From Candidatus Sigynarchaeum calidifontis (GTDB lineage Archaea; Asgardarchaeota; Lokiarchaeia; Sigyniarchaeales; Sigyniarchaeaceae): DNA of 11,829 nucleotides. Below are positions 7,388 to 11,829 of the stretch, piece after piece (within the stretch, counting starts at the first letter, position 1; each line of letters starts with the position of its first letter). The notes beneath the pieces were generated by a model. The model saw nothing but the letters and a program-made list of their open reading frames with translations. It did not search any database and had not been told where the DNA came from. The stretch covers positions 1 through 11,829 of the forward strand of contig JAUQYZ020000054.1 of the NCBI GenBank assembly GCA_030587475.2, written 5' to 3'. The position numbers and the translations under genes were made by a program.

Positions 7388-7547
7388 ATGATCATCGCCA
7401 AGCATCGCAGTACCATCTTTTGCCCCCGGTGTGGTGCCAACGCGCATGACGTGCCTCGACGGGACAGGCGAGTACTGCATGGCTTGTCGTGGCAATTCCA
7501 TGACCGGAAAAGAAATGCCGGAGCGACCGGCGAGTGGCAAGCAATAA
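7388..7547 (+). pseudogene. Zinc-finger microprotein, copy 3, frameshifted
   Basis: MIIAKHRSTIFCPRCGANA, then a 2-nt loss at about 7445 (GCG C ATG versus GCG CGC ATG in copy 1), then MTCLDGTGEYCMACRGNSMTGKEMPERPASGKQ* at 7446-7547. GGTGA at 7380-7384. Confidence 0.8.
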
Positions 7548-7676
7548 TCAATAGCTGCCAGAATGTACGATGGTGCACGGACCGGGCAGGCCAGTCCCAA
7601 TCGTTTCAAGGTGTCTGGATGACGAGTTGTGGTACCGACCGACCTGGAGGTTGGATGGAAAAATGGTGACGCGACC

Positions 7677-8636
7677 ATGAACAAGTACGCCTTGAAGGGC
7701 GTGCTGCTCGATGCGAATCCCCCGGCCAGGGTAACGCCGTTGAAAGGCCAAGTCTTCAGGGCTATATCCTTCCCGGGATTCGGTACATCCATGTATGACC
7801 GGATCGGCATTGATTTCGGCCTCGGCATCATGGAATTGCCGCGCCGCAATCCACCAGCGATCGTGAAGCTCCAGGTCTGGAACGTGAACGAGCAAAGGAA
7901 CGTCATGCTCGACTGGCGCCATTTTCTCAAGGGAAGCATGTTCGGCATCATCACGGCGAACCAAACGGGGAGTGGCGACCTCGCCAGGCTCGAAGCGATG
8001 CTCGGGGACTGCATCGATGCCTGCCCGGGCATGAACATCGGCATCGTCATGCAGCAAGGTGACGGCGAAACGACGTGGCCGGCGGGGATGGCGGCTATCG
8101 AATCGTGCCAGGCCATCATCGGGAGGAAATTCAACGTGTTCGCGACGATCGACGAGGATCTCGATACCATGGTACTAAAGCTCGTGGAACAGGTCCTTGA
8201 CGGTGCACGCGCCATTCATGTGCTATCCATCCGGGATACTGCTGACCTGGCGCACGTCCCTTCCATCCAGGACCCGTCCTTCAACTACCACGCCCCCGTG
8301 TCGAATAACTTGCTCCGGTTCCTGGAGCAGCAAGAGATCCGCATCGATGGTGGCCACGCGATACTGGAAACCAAGGATCACGTCTGCCGCATCGACCTGG
8401 CAAATGCGTCGCTGCACGTGGCTCCCAAGCAGTGCGCCTCGTGTAACAGCGCCTTCACGAGGGTATGCGTGGTGCTCGACTCGGAGATCAAGCGCGGCTA
8501 TTCCTCGGAAAGCCTGGGCTTCACCACGCCCGATCTCTTCGTCTTGTCCATGATATTCGCCATCCAGAACGGCGAGCTGCCCCCGTCCGTGTCGAGACAG
8601 TTTCCGAGGGTTAAATCGTTCACGCGACAGCGGTAG
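7677..8636 (+). CDS. Rab-like small-GTPase-fold protein with degenerate G-boxes plus a C-terminal Cys-containing domain (319 aa)
   Basis: GGTGA SD at 7665-7669, ATG 7677. YALKGVLL ~ beta1; IGIDF ~ RabF1 IGVDF; KLQVW ~ RabF2 KLQIW; FLKGSMFGII ~ YYRGAxG; IGIVMQQGD ~ LVGNKxD. C-terminal CASC...C segment. Confidence 0.75.
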   Translation: MNKYALKGVLLDANPPARVTPLKGQVFRAISFPGFGTSMYDRIGIDFGLGIMELPRRNPPAIVKLQVWNVNEQRNVMLDWRHFLKGSMFGIITANQTGSGDLARLEAMLGDCIDACPGMNIGIVMQQGDGETTWPAGMAAIESCQAIIGRKFNVFATIDEDLDTMVLKLVEQVLDGARAIHVLSIRDTADLAHVPSIQDPSFNYHAPVSNNLLRFLEQQEIRIDGGHAILETKDHVCRIDLANASLHVAPKQCASCNSAFTRVCVVLDSEIKRGYSSESLGFTTPDLFVLSMIFAIQNGELPPSVSRQFPRVKSFTRQR

Positions 8637-8696
8637 ACAGCATTCACGCGGCGCAGCGTGCTACGCGCATCCGCGGCTCAACGGCAGAATCATCCC

Positions 8697-8739
8697 CCGA
8701 ACACGATGACATTCCAGTAGTCGATGGCCTCGTGTTCGG
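8697..8739. repeat. Perfect 10-bp inverted repeat
   Basis: CCGAACACGA (8697-8706) pairs with TCGTGTTCGG (8730-8739); 23-nt loop; 60 nt after stop 8636. Confidence 0.5.
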
Positions 8740-8834
8740 TTCGATACAAGCGGAGCAAACACTCCACTCAAGCTCCCCGCGCGGTGGCATGGACCCTACG
8801 TTCCGGGATCGTGAATGTATAATCGTATCTCGTC

Positions 8835-8848
8835 GAAACATTTATAAT
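8835..8848 (+). promoter_or_regulatory. Putative BRE/TATA promoter (GAAACATTTATAAT) for the receiver gene
   Basis: Purine-rich BRE-like GAAA followed by TTTATAA at 8841-8847. Confidence 0.5.
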
Positions 8849-9041
8849 CTCATTCGCGACGGATCTCATTGACGACAGAGATGCGGTTCGAACCCGCCTC
8901 GTGTCATGCATTTCCAACCGCATCCAATATCCCTCGTTATTATCGATCATTCATATTCTTGCACGACCCATACCATCGGAAAGCATTGTTTCGATAATAG
9001 AACTCGCACGCTGGACCGGTTTCGGTCACACGGTGCATCGT

Positions 9042-9416
9042 ATGCCAGATCTCCTCATCGTTGACGACGACGTGGATTGCCTCGAGTTCCTCTCTCGCGT
9101 GTTGAGGGCGAGGTTTCCATCACTCTCGATCGATACGGCCCGGGACGGCACCAGTGCCTTGCAAAAAATCGAGAACGCCGAGCCATCGCTCGTGCTCACG
9201 GACTTGCAGATGCCCGGCATCGACGGGCTCGAGCTCAGCGCCCGATTGAAAGCCCGGCCTGGATCGAGCGTTAAAGTGGTGCTCATGACGAGCAAGAATG
9301 CCAACTTGATATCCTTGGGCCATGTCGACAAGATCTTGTACAAGCCATTCTCCCTCGAGGCATTGTACAAGCAAGTGGCCCGGTATAGCAAATTAGAGGG
9401 CAATAACGGAAATTGA
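9042..9416 (+). CDS. Stand-alone CheY-like response regulator receiver (124 aa)
   Basis: LLIVDDD acidic pocket, LVLTDLQMPGIDG phospho-Asp, VVLMTS, LYKPF; no output domain. Start at ATG 9042 within ORF 8901..9416. Confidence 0.92.
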   Translation: MPDLLIVDDDVDCLEFLSRVLRARFPSLSIDTARDGTSALQKIENAEPSLVLTDLQMPGIDGLELSARLKARPGSSVKVVLMTSKNANLISLGHVDKILYKPFSLEALYKQVARYSKLEGNNGN

Positions 9417-9571
9417 ATCCCGATCGAGGCATCTCGATGCAGATCGGTCGAGATCGACGACTTAGAAGTGCCTGCGTGATGGTATCTAAATCACAAAGGT
9501 TAAAGGCCAGCTCCCGTTCGACTTGAAATCGAGAGACCCGATTCGCAAAAGTAACGGATATACACGAGTAC

Positions 9572-11503
9572 ATGAGCGCTGAGAACGAGAAGGGTGATCA
9601 CGTGCCCGATCGGTTGTACCCGATTGAAGAAAGGGAAGTCCAGTGGCGATACCGCGAGCTGTTCGAATCGAGCGTGGACGGAATCGTCTTGGTCGGCATG
9701 GATGGCCGCATCCTCGATGCGAACCGCTCGTACCAGGCCATGCTGGGCTATTCCATGGACGAGCTCCGGTCGATGACCTATCAACAATTGACGCCGGGGC
9801 GATGGCATCCCTTTGAAACATACGTCGTTCAAGGGCAAGTAACCAGTAAAGGATACACGGATGAACACGAGACGGAACACATCAAGAAAGATGGCACGGT
9901 CCTGCCCGTCTCGGTCCGGGCGTGGATCCACAAGGATTGGCAGGGAAATATCGCGGGCACGTGGCGGATCATCAGGCCCATCACGGAGCGAAAGGACTTC
10001 GATGAAACACGATCACGCGTAGAAGCGCGGTACCGCGACACGCTCGATTGCTTGATGGAAGGATGCCAGGTCATCGGAACGGATTGGCGGTACTTGTACC
10101 TCAACAACGCCGCGGTCGTGCATGGCCACCAGTCGAGGGAGGATCTGGTTGGCCACACGATGATGGAACGATATCCCGGCATCGAAAGGACCGAGTTATT
10201 TAAGGCACTCCGCGAATGCATGGAAAACAAGGTCCATCGCCAGCTGGAGAACAAGTTCACCTATCCGGATGGTACCGAGGGCTGGTTCGAGCTCCGGGTG
10301 GAACCGGTTCCCGAGGGGATTTTCATCATGTCGATCGATATCACCGAGCGGAAGAAGGCAGAGATGGAATTGCAGGAACACAGGCAACACTTGGCCCGGC
10401 TCGTCGAGGAGCGAACCAGGGAACTCGATCACCAGTTCCGGACACTGCAAGGGATCCTGGAAAGCTGCAAAGACCCGGTATTTTCGGTCGATTCGAGTCT
10501 TCGCTATACTGCATTCAACAAGAGCCATGCCGCGATGATGAAAGCGCTTCATGATGCGAACATCGAACTCGGCAAGAGCGTTCTCGGATATCTGACCGGT
10601 GAACGGGATCGCGTGAAGGTGAAAGCCACCTTCGACCGCGCGTTGCAAGGCGAGCGGGTGGTCGAGGAATCATGCACGGGCGATGATGGGCAGATGCAGT
10701 CGTGCTTCGAGGTCACGTACAATCCGATCAAGGACGTGGACGGGACAGCGGTCGGCGTGGCGGTGTTCGCGCGGGACATCATGCCCGAAAAACGGCTGAA
10801 GGAAATGCAAGAACGGGTCATCCGGCAAGAAAAACTCGCGCTGGTCGGGAAGCTCGCCGCGAGCGTCAGTCACGAGCTCCGCAATCCGCTCGGGGTGATA
10901 TCGAACGCGATCTACTACCTGGACATGAAAATTCCAAAGACAGACGAGACGATCACCAAGCATTTGAAGCTCGTGAAGGACCAGGCAACAAGAGCGACCA
11001 AGATCATCACCGATCTTCTTGATTTCACCCGGATAAAGCCTGGAGAACCTCGTCTGGTTTGCATCCACGACGTGCTGAACCAGGCCCTGGCGCTGTCAAT
11101 CATCCCGAAGCACGTCGTCGTGAAAACCGATTATGCAAACGACCTGCCGGGCGTCTATTGTGACCCGATGCGAATGCAGCAAGCCTTCATGAACATCATC
11201 ACGAATGCCATCCAGGCAATGGAATCGGGTGGGCAATTGGAAATCACGACGACCAGTAATGATGACATCGTCCAGGTATCGTTCAAGGATTCGGGCGCGG
11301 GAATCCCGAAGGAAAACATGCCACGGCTGTTCGAACCCCTGTTCTCGACCAAGATCACCGGGATCGGCTTGGGGCTCTCGATCGCCAAGGAGATCATCGA
11401 GCAATACCAGGGACGGATACATGTAGAAAGTTCCGAAGGTGCCGGCACCACGGTCGTGATCCAGCTTCCGAAGGGGAGCCAACTCTTGAAAGACGGTCGA
11501 TGA
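9572..11503 (+). CDS. Soluble PAS-PAS-coiled coil-PAS sensor histidine kinase (643 aa)
   Basis: Three PAS/PAC units ending PITERK, DITERK and DIMPEK; LVEERTREL helix; H-box SHELRNPL, N-box NIITNAIQAM, G1 DSGAGI, F-box FEPLFSTK, G2 GIGLGL; no TM segment. Confidence 0.95.
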   Translation: MSAENEKGDHVPDRLYPIEEREVQWRYRELFESSVDGIVLVGMDGRILDANRSYQAMLGYSMDELRSMTYQQLTPGRWHPFETYVVQGQVTSKGYTDEHETEHIKKDGTVLPVSVRAWIHKDWQGNIAGTWRIIRPITERKDFDETRSRVEARYRDTLDCLMEGCQVIGTDWRYLYLNNAAVVHGHQSREDLVGHTMMERYPGIERTELFKALRECMENKVHRQLENKFTYPDGTEGWFELRVEPVPEGIFIMSIDITERKKAEMELQEHRQHLARLVEERTRELDHQFRTLQGILESCKDPVFSVDSSLRYTAFNKSHAAMMKALHDANIELGKSVLGYLTGERDRVKVKATFDRALQGERVVEESCTGDDGQMQSCFEVTYNPIKDVDGTAVGVAVFARDIMPEKRLKEMQERVIRQEKLALVGKLAASVSHELRNPLGVISNAIYYLDMKIPKTDETITKHLKLVKDQATRATKIITDLLDFTRIKPGEPRLVCIHDVLNQALALSIIPKHVVVKTDYANDLPGVYCDPMRMQQAFMNIITNAIQAMESGGQLEITTTSNDDIVQVSFKDSGAGIPKENMPRLFEPLFSTKITGIGLGLSIAKEIIEQYQGRIHVESSEGAGTTVVIQLPKGSQLLKDGR

Positions 11504-11529
11504 AATTGGCGACCAAGGCTTCTTAGCCT

Positions 11530-11829
11530 TCATGAAATGCTCGTGGAAGAGAAGTAAATAACGATCAACAAGTAATAATTGCATCGTGATTGCATATCAT
11601 CATTCTGATTTTTCAGTTTTTTAAAGAACTTGCGTAATATGTCCTTTAAATCTTGGAATAGATGATAAATGTATTGTGTGTGACGGTTTCACGCATATAT
11701 TTCCATACTTGTTCCATCGGGGTTAATTCCGTTGAATAAGGTGGTATGCAGAGAAGCTCTATCATGTGGCTTATGCTTGCTAGTGCCTTTATCATTTGAA
11801 ACGGAAATCATTCGATCTTAAATACTCTT
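11530..11829 (-). mobile_element. Decayed IS630-family (DDE_3) transposase, C-terminal remnant
   Basis: Minus strand from 11795 reads MIKALASISHMIELLCIPPYSTELTPMEQVWKYMRETVTHNTF, matching the IS630 signature LPPYSPELNPIExxW. After a 1-nt loss at about 11667 it continues YHLFQDLKDILRKFFKKLKNQNDDMQSRCNYY... to a stop at 11530. In-frame stop upstream at 11808-11810; abrupt shift to AT-rich composition. Confidence 0.85.

Noticed and set aside
8878-8905. GGTTCGAACCC tRNA T-arm-like motif
   Set aside because: No acceptor, D or anticodon arm can be built on either strand.
52-11584. Many long antisense and alternate-frame ORFs (e.g. 6938..8215 -, 4905..5552 -, 4065..4940 +)
   Set aside because: Shadow ORFs of GC-rich genes; they overlap better-supported CDSs and have no motifs.

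Overview
GC-rich archaeal DNA, most likely from an Asgard archaeon (Lokiarchaeia-like). This is inferred from TATA-like boxes, GGTGA Shine-Dalgarno sites before several starts, an N-sequon-rich surface protein and Rab-/DENN-like sequence patterns. All intact genes are on the + strand. In order: the 3' end of an unknown CDS; two ~7-TM membrane proteins flanking a DUF998-like membrane protein; a secreted, C-terminally anchored glycoprotein whose signal peptide is split by an A8 tract; a putative signalling cluster; and a decayed IS630-family transposase (- strand) in the AT-rich end. The cluster holds three paralogous ~46-53 aa CPxC/CxxC zinc-finger microprotein genes: one intact, one with an ACG start, one frameshifted, none called correctly by the ORF track. 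It also holds a Zn-finger + DENN-like protein, a truncated receiver domain, a Rab-like pseudo-GTPase with all G-boxes degenerate, a stand-alone receiver and a soluble triple-PAS histidine kinase. All family calls come from reading motifs by eye, not from database searches.
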